From Podarcis vaucheri (Eukaryota): a stretch of 64,000 nt of DNA. The notes beneath the pieces are model-generated. The model saw nothing but the letters and a program-made list of their open reading frames with translations, was not told the origin of the DNA and made no database searches. Positions 1-13,038 of this stretch are shown here, piece by piece (position 1 is the stretch's first letter; each line of letters starts with the position of its first letter). The stretch is taken from the NCBI GenBank assembly GCA_965113315.1, contig OZ220375.1, one strand, 5' to 3'. The translations under genes and the position numbers were made by a program.

Positions 1-667
1 AGTGAAGCTGTCAAGTCAAATAGTAAAATGGTACAAAAGTTGCAGATTTGCAAATGATGTGTGTAGTCAGAATGAAACATGCAAGACATCATCATGGTGA
101 AATTAGGTCAGAACCTTATCCATTATGCTTCATGGAAGAGGAAATATCATGGCACTAATTACAACCAGCATTTGCTGTTTGAATGGCATTCCACTTGATG
201 ATATACTCAACATCTTTTCAGAGCTGAACAAGGTTGGAACTTTGTATTTGGCAATACAAGTTTCTGCCCATCATTTTGACAAAGGTTTTAGAATGCCTAG
301 CAATGGCTACTGGCACTTACTGAAGGAAAGGCAAAAACATCCTAACCCGGAGACAAATATGGGAGCAAAATTCACCCCCCCCCCACTTAACTGTCCACCC
401 AAAAAATCCAAGGTTCCACTAACTCTGCCATCTTGGTGCCATTGGTCAAAGACCCCCACCCTGCTGGGTGCACAGCATGGCTACTTAAAATGATTTAAAC
501 AAACCTATGTCAGATTCTGCAGGAAAGCAATGAGTAATTCAAATATACAACCAGCTATCTGCCGTAAGGAAGTTTCAAAAGAGATCATCAGGACCAATAA
601 TGGCTTCGCAGTAGGCAAAAAACACAGGTGAATTGCAAATGGAGTTTAACTTTCTTCTATTTGTCAG

Positions 668-1569
668 ATATGGCTCACTGCTTCAGATGCCCTGAAGATC
701 AGTATGCAAACAAGAAGAAAAATGGATGCATCCCTAAAACTATCAACTTTCTTTCTTATGAAGAACCTTTAGGGATCAGCTTGGCCTCACTTGCTCTTTC
801 TTTTTCCCTGATCACAACATTGGTGCTTGCAACGTTTATTCAGCACAAAGACACTCCCATTGTCAAAGCCAACAACAGGGGTCTCACCTACAGTCTCCTC
901 ATCACCCTCATATTCTGCTTCCTTTCATCTCTTCTATTCATTGGACACCCTGGCAAAATGACCTGCCTTCTTCGCCAATCAACTTTTGGCATCATCTTCT
1001 CTGTGGCAGTTTCCTGTGTGTTGGCCAAAACCATCACTGTAGTTGCAGCTTTCATGGCCATCAAGCCTGGGTCCAGTATGAGGAAGTGGATGGGGAAAAG
1101 ACTGACCAATTCTGTTATCCTTTCCTGCTCCCTCGTTCAAGTGATTATTTGTACTGGGTGGTTGATGACCTCTCCACCATTCCCTGCTCTTGACATGCAC
1201 TCGGTCATGGAAGAAACCATTGTGCAATGTATTGAAGGCTCAGTGACCATGTTTTACTGTGTCTTGGGCTACATGGGCCTCCTGGCTATTGCCAGCTTCA
1301 TTGTAGCATTTGCAGCTCGCAAATTGCCAGACAGTTTTAATGAAGCCAAGTTCATTACCTTCAGCATGTTGCTGTTCTGCAGTGTTTGGTTGTCTTTTGT
1401 CCCAACCTACCTGAGCAACAAAGGAAAATCCATGGTGGTGGTGGAGATCTTCTCTATCTTGTCCTCCAGTGCTGGGTTGTTGGTCTGCATCTTTGCCCCT
1501 AAATGCTACATCATTATTCTGAAGCCAGAGCTGAACAACAGGGAACAACTGATAAGGAGAAGAATGTAA
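668..1569 (+). CDS. V2R gene A, terminal exon 6 (end of Cys-rich domain + 7TM); exons 1-5 lie upstream of the window
   Basis: Acceptor ttgtcag|AT at 667/668. ORF has class C GPCR 7TM motifs (Cxx[51 protein letters not shown]); stop TAA at 1569. Confidence 0.93.
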
Positions 1570-1769
1570 ATTCAACCTTCCTTCTTCTTTCTCTTCTATT
1601 GTTATACAGAAGGAATTCTAGTATTAAAGTGGTTACTTTGAGTACCTCCTCCATTGTGATACTCTTTGGTGAGATCGATTTTGGAAAGTTTAGTGTTGTG
1701 AAATTATAGCAGATTAAATTGCTCTGTCACCTTAGCTCAGGAGCGAGGAACAACTTTCCGGGCAGGGGA

Positions 1770-2185
1770 TGTCAGATTCTCTAGCCGCAGTCAGAGGTAA
1801 CTGGCCTTACTCCAGGCATTCGGCTTGAGATCCTTGTTGACCTCCCTGTCTGTGTCTCCCGGCAGGATACAGGCAAGGTCACCAATCGGCGATCCCACTC
1901 AGCAGGGGTAAAGAGACAGACAGAAATCTATTTACATGTCTTTATTCCTGTCATTCCAGCAGTACAGAGAAACGTGTCTGCACTCTCCAGTCTCCAGCAG
2001 TAGAGTGAGAAACTCCACCCCTGTACTTCCAGTACAGGTCAGATGACACTCTGAGCTAACATCCGGTGCTCAGTACAAAGAATAGACTGCCCCTTTGTTC
2101 TAATAGTACAGTCCCACACATCAACATCCTGTTTTGCATTCCAGCCACCTGCAGCTGGCTTTCGCATTGCTGCTTTTTCCTGACA
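1770..2185 (-). mobile_element. Probable solo LTR
   Basis: TGTCAG...CTGACA termini, flanks gggga/ggggg (imperfect TSD), AATAAA on the - strand at ~1941. Confidence 0.5.
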
Positions 2186-2801
2186 GGGGGAGGGTGTTAC
2201 TTTCCATTGAAAGTGATAATAAAATGGATGCAGGGGGAGGGGAGCTTGGTTTTTTATAGAGAAACTGCTTCCACCTCATTGATCAAGCCTCTTTGTAGCT
2301 ATCTGTTTAAAAGACTCATTGCCTTCTGACACCCAGTGACAGACGGGTTGGTGGCCCCTTTCAAGTCCCAAACATTGGCCCTCAAGGCCTGGGAAAATGA
2401 TCAGTCTGGCCAACTGTGGGGAAATGTTACTGACTCCTGCCTTAAAGCAAGAAACTTATGAATAAAAATGGAGTTTTGTGGGTAGGGAAGCAATAGAGAA
2501 ATACATTGGAAAGTGTGGAATGAATGGTGGCTTTGATAACTTTGAATTACTTCCTATTCTCTTATATGGGACTGATTTACCTTATATTACTCTGTTCTTT
2601 AATTCCAAATTATATTTCCTTAAATAAAGAAACATGTTAACTAAAATTAAAGTTCTGAGAGTCTTCCTTGAACCTCAAATACCTTGCTGACAAATATGGA
2701 ACAGAACAGAACAAATCAACTGTTTGGATGGGCCCACAAAAAGAAAAAAAAGTTTTCAGCAGGCATCTAAAAGAGTTAAAGTATTGTGAACGTCCTAAAG
2801 T

Positions 2802-2888
<87 letters not shown>
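2802..2888. repeat. (AGT)n(AAT)n compound microsatellite at the L2 tail
   Basis: Read directly from the sequence. Confidence 0.95.
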
Positions 2889-2889
<1 letters not shown>

Positions 2890-3931
2890 TTATTTGTACC
2901 CCGCCCATCTGGCTGGGTTTCCCCAGCCACTCTGGGCGGCTTCCAACAAAGATGAAAAATACACTAAAATGTCACATATTAAAAACTTCCCTGAACAGGG
3001 CTGCCTTCAGATGTCTTCTGAATGTCAGGTAGTTGTTTATCGCTTTGACATCTGATGGGAGGGTGTTCCACAGGGCAGGCACCACTACCGAGAAGGCCCT
3101 CTGCCTGGTTCCCTGTAACTTGGCCTCTCGCAGTGAGGGAACCGCCACAAGGCCCTCGGAGCTGGACCTCAGTGTCCGGGCAGAACGATGGGGGAGGAGA
3201 CGCTCCTTCAGATATACTGGACTGAGGCTGTTTAGGGCTTTAAAGGTCATCACCAACACTTTGAATTGTGCTCGGAAACGTACTGGGAGCCAATGTAGGT
3301 CTTTCAAGACCGGTGTTATATGGTCTTGGCGGCCGCCCCCAGTCACCAGTCTAGCTGCCGCATTCTGGATTAGTTGTAGTTTCCGGGTCACCTTCAAAGG
3401 TCACCCCACGTAGAGCGCATTGCAGTAGTCCAAGCGGGAGATGACCAGAGCATGCACCACTCTGGTGAGACAGTCTGCAGGCAGATAGGGTCTCAGCCTA
3501 CGTACCAGATGGAGCTGGTAAACAGCTGCCCTGGATACAGATTTGACCTGTGCCTCCATGGACAGCTGTGAGTCCAAAATGACTCCCAGGCTGCGCACCT
3601 GGTCCTTCAGGGGCACAGTTACCCCATTCAGGACCAGGGAATCCTCCACACCTGCCCACCTCCTGTCCCCCCAAAACAGTACTTCTGTCTTGTCAGGATT
3701 CAACCTCAATCTGTTAGCCGCCATCCATCCTCCAACCGCCTCCAGACACTCACACAGGACCTTCACCGCCTTCACTGGTTCTGATTTAAAAGAGAGGTAG
3801 AGCTGGGTATCATCCACATACTGATAAACACCCAGCCCAAACCTCCTGATGATCTCTCCCAGTGGCTGCATGTAAATGTTGAAAAGCATGGGGGAGAGGC
3901 CAGAACCCTGAGGCACCCCACAAGTGAGAGT
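2889..3931 (-). mobile_element. 5'-truncated L2-clade LINE (RT C-terminal part)
   Basis: GVPQGS, YVDDTQLY, LNPDKTE, SRLDYCNAL, LQLIQNAAARL, LHWLPV. One in-frame TGA at 3403-3401 splits the ORF; tail abuts the microsatellite. Confidence 0.9.
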
Positions 3932-4996
3932 TGCAAACGTGCTGCCACATTTATTTATGTATTTTAAACTCTTTAAACAAGCATAACAGACACTGCAGGG
4001 CACTGGAAGAAGCTTAAATTCCTTACATGGAAGTTATTGGACTGGCACGTGTGAGGTAAAGCAATCCCTAAAGTAAACCGGTCCCAATATATTAAGGACT
4101 TCTTATATGAATGTGTTAGTAGGTGCCTGATAAATGGTTTTAATACAATGGGAGAGAGGGAACTTCAGTCAAAGGGGCTCTATGCCCTCCAAATGTCTCT
4201 TCCAGGCCCTCAGAAGTCTTCCCAGGTTGTATTCCTCACTGGCTTTGCTTCATATCCTGAGATTTTGCCTGCCTGGAATATGTCCTTGAACTTTGATAAT
4301 AATACTGCTTGGCCTGAATTAAAAAAAAAATATTGTGCCAGCTCACAAGAAATGTTTTAAATAATTGACAATAAATCATGTTTATCCACACCTGAGAGAC
4401 TCAGTTTTGGTCACCTCCTGAGTCATCTTCTAGTAAGCTTGTAGACAGGAAAAAGGGCTTTTCTCCTTTATTAAAAATAAAATAAGAATGCTTTCTGTTT
4501 TCTAAAAGAGTACAGAAACAAACTTTTTATTTATGGTTTTCTTTGCACAAACTGTATTTGCAATTCCTCTGCATTAGAGAAACTGGGGAGGACAAAAGTG
4601 GAAATGAAGATGAATTTATTTTTTTTATCTAAGTAACATGGTGGATACTGCCAATGCTGTGCCATACTTTATCCTCCAATTTTTCCAAGCTTCTCCTGTG
4701 ATTCAGTATTATATCTTACTACCTCATTTTCATGCTGCTTTGATGTTTCACTGGGGGTGGTAGAGAGTTGAATTTAGCTCTGGGTTGTGAGATTGCTGAC
4801 ATTGGAAAGAGTGTTTTTCTTTGATCAAATATTTCTTCTGTGCCTCCTGATCACAATTTGATGCACCTCCCTGGACTTTAATGTAAGTTCAGGAAGCTTG
4901 TGACGCTGGCTCCTCATCAACTTGGATCAGTACACTTGCTAATTTTGTTTTTCAAGGAAGTTCATACTTTTACTTAAACAGATAAGTACATTTATA

Positions 4997-5238
4997 CAGT
5001 GGTACCTCGGATTAAGTACTTAATTCGATCTGGAGGTCTGTTCTTAACCTGAAACTGTTTTTAACCTGAAGCACCACTTTAGCTAATAGGGCCTCCCGCT
5101 GCTGCCGTGCCGCAGCTGTGTGATTTCAGTGCTCATCCTGAAGCACAGATCTTAACCCAAGGTACTATTTCTGGGTTGGCGGAGTCTGTAACCAGAAGCA
5201 TATGTAACCTGAAGCATATGTAACCAGAGGTACCACTG
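4997..5238. mobile_element. Tc1/mariner (Tigger-like) MITE
   Basis: TA TSD; TIRs CAGTGGTACCTC...GAGGTACCACTG. Confidence 0.88.
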
Positions 5239-5470
5239 TATATAAAAAAGAACATATGTCAGTAGTAGAGTTTGCAGCTTCCACTGATTTGCACACCTAT
5301 AGAAATGTTAGTGGGGAATGTCATGACTCTTCAGGGAACTGGAACATCTGGAAAGGCTGAACATTGCAGATACATTTCCAGATTCACCCTCCACCCTCTA
5401 TTCTCCATGTAATGGGGGATGGCAAAGAAGTGGACAGCTCAGCTCAAAGAGTAATTCACATAATGCTATA

Positions 5471-5876
5471 CGTCTTGTGACATTTCCATTCTACCTTTAG
5501 TTACAGACGTGGGATTGTTACATGTCACATGTCTGTTTACATTCCAGCACTGTTTGATGGCGTAAGTGGAACTTCTGCTGTGTTGTATTGCTTTTGCTTT
5601 TCTCTCTCTCTCGGAAGAGACGGCAAAGAGAGACGACATGTTTCCTTGTCCTGATTTATGTTTAATAAATCCGTAGTTTATAGTATGTCTCCACAAGCCT
5701 CAAGCCTCTTTCATTGCACAGTTTGCTTTGCTAAATAAACTGTGCCCATCTCAGCAGACTTGGGTCACTGATTTATGTTGCACCAGAGGTCAAAGGATCT
5801 TCTCAGCATGACGTCTGGAAGGAGACGATCCAGCTGGGGGCTAGCCAGCTGGCCGTTTGACCCCCAGATGCTGACA
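5471..5876. mobile_element. Probable degenerate solo LTR interrupting a V2R intron-5/exon-6 relic
   Basis: (C/T)GTC...TGACA ends, internal AATAAA. The flanks rejoin to match 13692-13750. Confidence 0.45.
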
Positions 5877-5982
5877 ATATGACCATATCTTTTTCAAATA
5901 TGAATGACTGGACTCTTCTGGACAACCCTTTTTTATTGTGTAGAGAAATATTAACTGCTTGGGTTGGGCTAAAAGTGTTGTA

Positions 5983-6318
5983 CAGTGGTGCCTCGCAAGA
6001 CGAAAAGAATCCGTTCCACGAGTCTCTTCGTCTTGCGGTTTTTTCATCTTGTGAAGCAAGCCCATTAGCGGCTTAGCGGATTAGCGCTATTAGCGGCTTA
6101 GCGGGCTTAGCGGATCAGCTGATAAGCGGCTTAGCGGCTTAGGGTCAGCTGATAAGCGGCTTAGCAGCTTGAGGAAAAGGGGGAGGAAAAAAACCCCGCA
6201 GGAACTCGCAAGACATTTTCGTCTTGCGAAGCAAGCCCATAGGAAATTCGTTTTGCGAAGCACCTTCGTCTAGCGGGTTTTCCGTCTTGCGAGGCATCCG
6301 TCTTGCGGGGCACCACTG
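5983..6318. mobile_element. Tc1/mariner MITE with internal TTAGCGG(C) minisatellite
   Basis: TA TSD; ~20-bp TIRs CAGTGGTGCCTCGCAAGACG / CGTCTTGCGGGGCACCACTG; internal repeats at ~6064-6170. Confidence 0.88.
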
Positions 6319-6882
6319 TATTAGGATTTGGTGCTTTGCTAGCCCAAAGAAAACAACTTCACTCTGATTGGCATTGACTCAGATGGGAAAAATGAAAGCC
6401 AAATGGGATTGGTTGTGCCACAAAGGAGCAGAGGTAACAAACACCCAAAAGTGGCTCTCTGAGGAAGGGGAGAAAAGAACATCTAAGAAAGTTATTATCT
6501 CTCCCTGCAATCATCCAAATCACCATAATTAGTTCACATAATCAAAGCCAGAGAGGTTTTTAGTAGGCACTAACAAAGTCAAAAAGCAACTCTTTTATAA
6601 ATTATGACATGTTCTATGGATAGCTGTGAATAGGGGCAAGAGACAGGAAACTCTTCATCAGTTTCATTTCTGACTCCCCATTTTATTGACCAGCCTTGAA
6701 TTCAGATTGTTGACAATTTTATCTACTATGAAATACATTTGTTTGTAATTTTTGATTCTCAAAACCAGCTCACAGAACTATCTTCTAGAAAAGTGTTGCG
6801 AAATACAGGTATCACTCATAGTAGGTGGCTCAAGCCAGGAACCTGATAGTGACAGGCAGGTCTGCATTTCTAGTGAAGCAGG

Positions 6883-9800
6883 ATGTTGTGGCTCTTGGTT
6901 TTTATGTTTCTGTTGTCCCCTGTTGAGTGCAAAGAAATGACTTTGAGCTGCCCTCAGAGTGATCCTTTTCCTGTTCCACATGAGTGGTATCAGCCAGGTG
7001 GCCTCATCATTGGTGGAATCGCTTCTCAGCTGATTTATGTATTCTATGAAGTTTTCTTCAAAGAGCACCCTTCACAAAATCTGTTCCAGGTTCCACAGTA
7101 AGAGTATTTCCCTCTCTGCATCCTTTCTCTATGTGCCCTGCCTTTTATAATTGAAACCTTAGAGAAGGGAGTGTCCCCTTTCTCATTTACTTCATGTATT
7201 CTATATTGTGATCCCTAGGTTTTGTTGCAAAAATTAAATATTGCACAGTTTGAAGTGTCTGGAAGCATAAAAACTGACTACTGTGGAAATGATAAATTGT
7301 CCAGACCTTTGAACATGTTATTTAAACCTATGAAATAATCCAAAGGTGTCTCTCTCTTTCCTCTCTTCTTTTCTGCTGGTTTGCTGTTTCTTGTTTTATA
7401 AAAAGCATAGGCTAACTTTCATTTTAAAACTAAAACAAAGCAATTTTCTGGTATCTTTATAGCGAATAAAGCAGAATGTAAATAAATAAATGTTAAGAAT
7501 TCAATTCTCAGAAGACTTACTTGAGAGTTAAACCCACTGAACATTATAGGACAATATTCTGCATAGAAATGCGTAGGTCTTCCCTGGAAATTAAGTCAAA
7601 TGAGTTCCCATTAAAATTAGTGGAACTTCTAAAGCCATTATAATAACTCATCTCCTTGATTCCACTGTGACATAACTTTTAAGAAACTTTTAGTGTTTCC
7701 ATATAAACAAACACTGCCTTACACCAAGTCCCCCCAAATGTCCATCTAGCTCAATATCATCTGACCTGAATGTCAGGATTACACAAGGGTCTAAACCTTC
7801 CTGGAGATGCTAGATACGGGAAGTGATCACCTACCTAAAAGGAAATATGTGAGGGAAAGATTTGCACAATTCTTAAATCAACTGAGATGAAAAGATCAAG
7901 GAAGAGTTAAGAGTAGGTGGGTGTGTCAAAATACTATGCAGCATGCAAATGTCCTGATGAATCCTACATTTTCCTGATCTGCGTGTTATTTGACTTGAAA
8001 ACATTGATTAAGAATAAACCAATAACATTTAAATCCCAAACAGATTCAGGTTGAAATGCATAATATTTGGTATGTTGATTTCCTTCATTATGGAATTTTC
8101 CTCTGATATTATAAATTAATTAACTCCATTTGCAGTATGATGACAAAATGCTACCAGCACATACTTGCCTTGGCATTTGCTGTGAAAGAGATTAATGAGA
8201 ACGCCAAGATTTTACCCAACATCACGCTGGGCTTCCACATCCATGACAGCTATCATGATGCAAGGATGACCTATCGAAGTACTATTGACCTACTCTTCAA
8301 ATCACATAGATTTGTCCCCAACTATAAATGTGACACCCAGAAAAACCTCATAGCCATCATCGGGGGAATTAGCTATGATACCTCCTTCCACATGAGAGAC
8401 ATCATAGGCCTTTATAAGATTCCACAGGTAGGATTCCCCCCCCCTTTTGCTTTGCTGATGTGGTCCATAGGAAAATAGATTTGGCACCAGCTTAGCTGCA
8501 GGCATTGCCAGAAGGAGGCGTACAAGGCACCATCCAACTGACTTAGGGACTCTACTCTGGATTTGTGTATGGTTTACGGCTTAAGATTTTCTTCTCCTGA
8601 AATATCCCACAAGGCAGCAGAGATTTAGGATCAGAGTTTTTCCTGTTCCTAGATAGACTACCTTTCCAGGTGCTCAAACCCCTCATTTCCCACTACAGCA
8701 TGTGCAGTAACTGCCTTCTTGACTTTTGGACCCACTCTTTGTCGCATCCACTCAATCCACTGCATGCAGGGGAACCCATAACTCACCAAGGGTGTGAGAT
8801 CCATTGGCTGCCCTCCTCTGGTTTAGCCAGCTGGTCGAAATTGTTTCCTAGGGTATGGTTGACAGTTTCTAGGAGCCAAAGGTGATATCTGAGTGCACGG
8901 TGGAGACCAAAAGTAGACAGACTTCCAAAAAAGGAGCACAATGTGACCTGCACCTGAGATTCTACCCCTCCACTGACAACCCGAAGATCCCATAGTAGTT
9001 CCACTCCTTTTAAGATTGCATATTAAACAGTTGTGTCCTTTCCAGGGACCGTTATAGCTTTGCTATTGCTGCAGTTTTGTTCTTCATCAAAAGTCAAAGG
9101 CAACTTCCCAGAAAGGCGGTAATATAATTGTTGGATTTTTAATGTAAAAAATATTTGCATAACTGTAAAGGTAAAGGGACCCCTGAGCATTAAGTCCAGT
9201 CACTGACGACTCTGGGGTTGTGGCGCTCATCTCGCTTTACTGGCCGAGGGAGTGGGCGTTTGTCCGCAGAGAGTTTTTCCGGGTCATGTGGCCAGCATGG
9301 CTAAGCCGCTTCTGGTGAAACCAGATCAGTGCATGGAAACGCCACTTACCTTCCCGCCACAATGGTACCTATTTATCTACTTGTACATTGATGTGCTTTC
9401 GAACTGCTAGGTTGGCAGGATCAGGGACCAAGCAATGGGAGCTCACCCTGTTGCAGAGATTCAAACCACTGACCTTCAGATCGGTAAGCCCTAGGCTCAG
9501 TGGTTTAGACCACAGTGCCACTCGCGTCCCAACCTGTAGAAACGTTTAATTGAAAAAGTTGTTGAATTGAATTTTAATGGAAATTACAAATTGCTTAAAC
9601 ATTTTTGTTGGTGGTGATGTTTTAATGAAAGAGGCACATGTTCAGGAAGAAAGCTTACAGTGTAGCTCTGTAATATCCTTGTAATTTCTTTCAGCTTGCA
9701 TATGGTTCATTTTACACTGAGGAGGTAAGAGATACAAGTCGGATCCCTTCATTCTACCGAATGGTGCCAAATGAAGCCCAACAATACATAGGAATTATCA

Positions 9801-12800
9801 GATTACTTAAGCATTTTGAATGGACATGGGTTGGTCTATTTACTATGGACGATGACAGTGGACAAAATTTCTTGCAGACCATGGAACCTCTGCTTTCCCA
9901 AAATGGAATCTGCTCAGCCTTCACACAAAGAATCCCACATCAAATCCATCTTGATAACCTGGATGAAACACATGACATAGCCTTAAATATGTATGTACTG
10001 GTCACAGATAATAAAGTCACTACATTTATCGTCTATGGAGAATCTCTCACAATCATATGGCTTAGAGCCATTCTATTTATGCAAGATCCAACAAATAAGA
10101 TAGACACATCATTTAAAAGGGTGTGGATCTTGACAGCACATACTGATTTCATAGCAATAGGGCTTTTTAGATTCTGGGATTTTCAGGTCTTCCATGGTGC
10201 CATAACCTTCACAATTCATTCACAAAATCTTCTAAAGTTCAGTGAATTTCTTCAGAGGATCAAGCCTTCCTGGAGCCAGGGAGATGGCTTTTTCAAGGAC
10301 TTCTGGGAGCAAGTATTTGACTGTATATTTCCGAATCCCCATGTGGTAGTGGAGCCCAAAGAACTGTGTACCGGAGAGGAGAGCTTGGACAGTCTTCCAG
10401 GGGCTCTGTTTGAAATGGAGATATCTGGCCATAGCTACAGTATCTACAATGCTGTTTACACTGTGGCTCATGCCTTGCATAACACTTACTCATCTAGATC
10501 CAAGCAGAGAACAATGGAGAGGAGTGAAAGATTAAAACTTCAGGATGTGCAGCCTTGGCAGGTAACGCTTTGCAAACAAAGAGCAACAAACATATGATTC
10601 TTTCACTGAAACACTAAGTCCAAAAGTAGTAGTATTTTTTGCCACATACAAACGAAGCTTTATGCATTCATATTTCCTTCATATATTTGGTGTGTGTGTG
10701 TGTGTGTGTGCGCGCACGCATAACAATTTTTGCATCAACTCTGCCAAGACAACTGTTTTTTCACACTTGGTCTATGTACTGTAAAGCTACATAATTATAG
10801 CTATATAATGCTGATGAAGAAAGTTGTTGTAAATAATGACATTTTGTTCAATATCTCCATTATGTAGTTTCTCCTTCATCTCTCTTTCCCCTTTCATTTA
10901 GTTACACCGTTTTCTTAATGAAATTTCATTCAACAACTCAGCTGGAGAAACAATGTTCTTTACCAATAAGAGAGAAATGGGAGGTGGATTTGACATCATG
11001 AACTTGGTCACCTTCCCAAACAAGTCTTTCCTTCGAGTGAAGATTGGATGGGTGGATCCCAACGCTCTCAACAGAAAAGAATTCACCATTCATGAGGACC
11101 TGATTATATGGAACAAAGCCTTTAACCAGGTATAGAAACTGGGCATTCCTTTAATCCAAGGTAAAGGTAAAGGTACCCCTGACCAACAGGTCCAGTTGTG
11201 ACCAACTCTGGGGTTGCGCGCTCATCTCGCTCAAGAGGCCGGGAGCCGGCGCTTGTCCGAAGACAGCTTCCAGGTCACGTGGCCAGCGTGACTAAGCTGC
11301 AGCTGGCAAGCCAGCACCAGCGCAGCACACGGAAATGCCGTTTACCTTCCCGCTGGAGAGCAGTCCCTATTTATCTACTTGCAGTGCTTTTGAACTGCTA
11401 GGTGGGCAGGAGCTGGGACCGTGCAACAGGAGCTCACCCCGTCGCGGGGATTCAAACCGCCGACCTTTCGATCAGCAAGTCCTAGGCTCTGTGGTTTAAC
11501 CCACAGCGCCACCCGCGTCCCAAGGTGGCCAAGGTGGCCAAGGTGGCTAAGGTACTCGCCATATAATCACCATTTCTCTCTCTTGTGATTGACTGGTGGG
11601 CTAAGTGACCTTTCCCACCTGCTTCATACACCTACCCAGCAGTGCCAAATAGGTGCAATTACACATTACTTGAATTGGCTTTCTGGTCACTTGGCAGGTG
11701 GGTGCAGAAGAGGAAAGAGGTTGGCAAAGATGTTGAGCTCTTTGTGAATTCTGATTCTAGAGACTTGTCACTGCACTCTCTGAAACATGTGGCAGGGTAT
11801 GGGTGATTTTTGAAATTAACATGTGTTGCTAACTTAGAGTTGTGTGTCTCAAAGGCTGTGTGAATCAGAAAGACCTTGGTTAATCATGGCAGGTTTAGGA
11901 GCCTGATAGAAGATCTAAAGATTTCTTTATGCATGGGCTTTCCCCTTTGCCAGGCATAGGCAAACTCAGCCCTCCAGATGTTTTGGGACTACAACTCCCA
12001 TCATCCCTAGTTAACAGGACCAGTGGTCAAGGATGGGAACTGTAGTCTCAAAACATCTGGAGGGCCGAGTTTGATTATGCCTGCCCTTTGTTATTTATAA
12101 ATTCTTAAACGTACAACTAATAAAGTGGCCTTAGCTTAATTCATGTATTTTATCTTGCCTCTTTTTCTGGTTTACTAACAAAGAATGGGTCAATGGCTGT
12201 GATTTATATGAAGCAGCTTCTAAGGCTTTTTTTTGGGGGGGGAGAAGGGGGTGGTTGTGAGAGGTTTACTTTCTTATTTGAAGTGCAGTGACTGAACGTT
12301 TTTTAAGAAAGAAGCCTCCCTTATGAAATTAGTTCCTGTGTATGGATAGATGACACCCATTTCTGTGTGTAATGACTACTGCCGGCCTGGTAATCAGAAG
12401 AACAGGAAGGAAGCGCAGAAATTTTGCTGCTACGATTGTACTCCATGTCCAGAAGGGAAGATGTCAGACCAGAATGGTACAGGACACTTTTCATTGTTCA
12501 ATATTAATAAAGATTATTGTGTCAGATCTATTTAAAATAATTTAATTACTACATTTTTGCATGTATCTGCACTATCCTACTTGGAGTGGTGTGTTCATAT
12601 TTTTCTGCTGTTTTCCAGCAACCTCTGAAGAAAGCATTTAAAAACCAATAAGTCTGGTGCAATACAATGCACATAGATTTGAAAGTGCTCCCCACTCATT
12701 TCAAATGTATTGTTAAATGCATCTCTAGAAGTACAATCATCTGCAAGTTGCAAGTTTGCGACTTGTTAGTATGACTGGAATGTTAGTATGACAACTATGC

Positions 12801-12997
12801 TAGGTGAAATCCGGTCAGACATTTATTATGCCTCAGGTAAGCAGGTTTGGGAAAGGAGTAGGGTGAAGAGAAGGTTATCATTTCAGTGAGCACCTGCTAT
12901 TCAAATTCCACTCAGTGGTTGAGATGCACCCATTACCCTTAGGAGTTGACCAGCATTGGAGAGTGGTGTGCCACAGGACAGGTATCACAGATCTCAC

Positions 12998-13038
<41 letters not shown>

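Noticed and set aside
888-1575. Recurrent antisense ORFs over V2R exons
   Set aside because: Shadows of the conserved sense-strand coding sequence.
2637-3055. Poly-L/S/N/V/I ORFs (also at 12878-13208 and 18169-18360)
   Set aside because: Translations of microsatellites.
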